DNA of 63,767 nucleotides, the filler included, from Octopus bimaculoides (Eukaryota), in NCBI RefSeq assembly GCF_001194135.2. It is 5 parts of 5 records of this genome, joined end to end, with 100 filler letters (N's around TTAATTAATTAA, not from the genome) between each part and the next. Parts side by side here need not be neighbours in the genome. Positions count along the whole stretch, not along the records: positions 59,938 to 62,382 come from NW_026302138.1; positions 62,483 to 63,767 come from NC_068986.1; 3 more parts are not named here. The stretch is one strand, 5' to 3'. The notes under the pieces are model-generated. The model made no database searches and was not told the DNA's origin. It saw only the letters and a program-made list of their open reading frames with translations. This document shows positions 62,083 to 63,767 of this stretch, piece by piece. Each line of letters begins with the position of its first letter. The stretch's first letter is position 1. A program made the translations under genes and the position numbers.

Positions 62083-62130
62083 AGTCTACAGCTGTTTCTG
62101 GAATATTAAAGATATCCCTTCATCAGAGTC
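62083..62130 (-). ncRNA. Type-I hammerhead ribozyme candidate with 8-nt palindromic helix III
   Basis: Reverse complement gact-CTGATGA-A-GGGATAT cttta ATATTCC-A-GAAAC-AGCT-GT-A-gact; 7-bp helix II; helix I eroded. Confidence 0.6.
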
Positions 62131-62564
62131 GATATGAGAGAGTGAACAGGAAGAAAATAGTAGAATTCAATATTTGGACTTATTTTGGAAAAGGATGGAT
62201 ATAGGAAGTATAATAGGAAATAAGAGAATAAAAATAAAAATGGAAATATAAAATTAAAAATATATGTAGGATGTCACAGTTGCAGTTCCATTATCCAAGG
62301 AAATTGTGTGTCCCTTCTCCAATTACTAAATATCCTTTATATTTGTAACCTTAATTGTTAATATGACATGGTATGTCATAAGNNNNNNNNNNNNNNNNNN
62401 NNNNNNNNNNNNNNNNNNNNNNNNNNTTAATTAATTAANNNNNNNNNNNNNNNNNNNNNNNNNNNNNNNNNNNNNNNNNNNNTCTATTTATCTATCTATC
62501 TATCCATCCATCCATCCATCCATCCATCCATCAATCCGTCCGTTGGCCCGTCTGTCCGCGTATG

Positions 62565-62595
<31 letters not shown>

Positions 62596-62639
62596 TATCT
62601 ATCTTATTGTTTATCAATGAATCTATGTATGCATTTCAA

Positions 62640-63015
62640 TATATACTCTTTTACTTGTTTCAGTCATTTGACTGTGGCCATGCTGGAGCACCGCCTTTAG
62701 TACTTATTCTACCGGTCTCATTTTGCCGAACCGCTAAGTTACGGGGACGTAAACACACCAGCACCGGTTGTCAAGTGATGTTGGGAGGGGGGACAAACAC
62801 AGACACACAAACACATACATACACATACATATACATATATATACATATATACGACGGGCTTCTTTTCAGATTCCCTCTACCAAATCCAATCACAAGGCTT
62901 TGGTCGGTCCGAGGCTATAGTAGAAGACACTTGCCCAAGGTGCCACGCAATGGGACTGAACCCGGAACCATGTGGTTCGTAAGCAAGCTACTTATCACAC
63001 AGCCGCTCCTACGCC
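62640..63015 (-). mobile_element. SINE family A, near full length
   Basis: Reverse complement of the 50293-50718 type. Confidence 0.9.
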
Positions 63016-63299
63016 TATATGTGTATATCTATCACTAATAAAATGTACTTTTTAAATCTGGTCAAAGGTCATCTCTCATATAATGTCTATCAGAACTGAT
63101 TACATTAATGAGAGAATATAAAACACTTCATTCACGAACCTTGCTTCGGCTTCCAGCTGTCTCACTGTACAGTAAATATTTGGTGTCAATTAGATTTAAG
63201 CTTTGCTATAGTACATGGCTACCGGAAGCCGCTTAAGTCGTCTGCACCCAAAAATGGCTTCAAAACTTCAGAATTTTATTATGAAATCATAAGTATTGT

Positions 63300-63383
63300 T
63301 TTAGATGCTAAACAAATTTTCAATAGACATACATATATATATGAATATATATGCATACATACATGCATACATACTTGCATACG

Positions 63384-63427
<44 letters not shown>

Positions 63428-63767
63428 TGCTTACATATATACGTAAATATATATATATATATATATATATATACATGCACACACGTACACGTACATATAT
63501 ATATATATATGTATATATATATGTGTATATATATATGTATATATGTGTGTATATATATGTATATATATGTGTGTGTAAATATATATATACATATATATAT
63601 ACACATGCCTATATACATATAAATGCATACATACATACATACACATACATAAACATACATATATATACATGTATATATATGTGTATATAAATACATATAT
63701 ATGTATATATATATATGTATATATATATATATGCACACACATGCTTATATATATATGTATATATATA
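63300..63767. repeat. Degenerate (TA)/(CA)/(TACA) compound microsatellite
   Basis: Direct reading. Confidence 0.95.

Noticed and set aside
253-63742. Numerous ORFs rich in H/T, C/V, Y/I, poly-N/D/S/I, or spanning X runs
   Set aside because: They are translations of di- and tri-nucleotide microsatellites or of N gaps, with no domain signal.

Overview
AT-rich, microsatellite-laden, gap-containing eukaryotic draft sequence. The repeat complement looks like an Octopus (coleoid cephalopod) genome; this is inferred from recognised repeat style, not from a search. Only one host-gene exon is supportable: a minus-strand, 121-bp, AG/GT-bounded exon (55420-55540) encoding the ADAMTS/ADAMTSL/papilin cysteine-rich segment PLGCDNVLFSSAVPDMCGICAGDNSTC. 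Everything else recognisable is transposon-derived: several tRNA-headed SINE families (labelled A-E and G here), restriction-like-endonuclease (R4/Dong-like) and RTE LINE fragments, Penelope-like element (PLE) RT and GIY-YIG fragments, Tc1/mariner/maT copies, a FLYWCH-MULE interrupted by an intron-containing Tc1, hAT and piggyBac MITEs, and two long fold-backs. The most interesting signal, invisible to the ORF track, is a set of at least eight minimal type-I hammerhead ribozyme (HHR) motifs from about five unrelated sequence families, all with a palindromic or near-palindromic helix III. They include a tandem-plus-inverted array of about 205-nt units (6.3-6.9 kb) linked to a tRNA-like Pol III cassette and a PLE endonuclease C-terminus. 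Four NNN-TTAATTAATTAA-NNN islands look like artificial joins, so long-range contiguity across them is not assured. All calls were made by eye; none were checked against databases.
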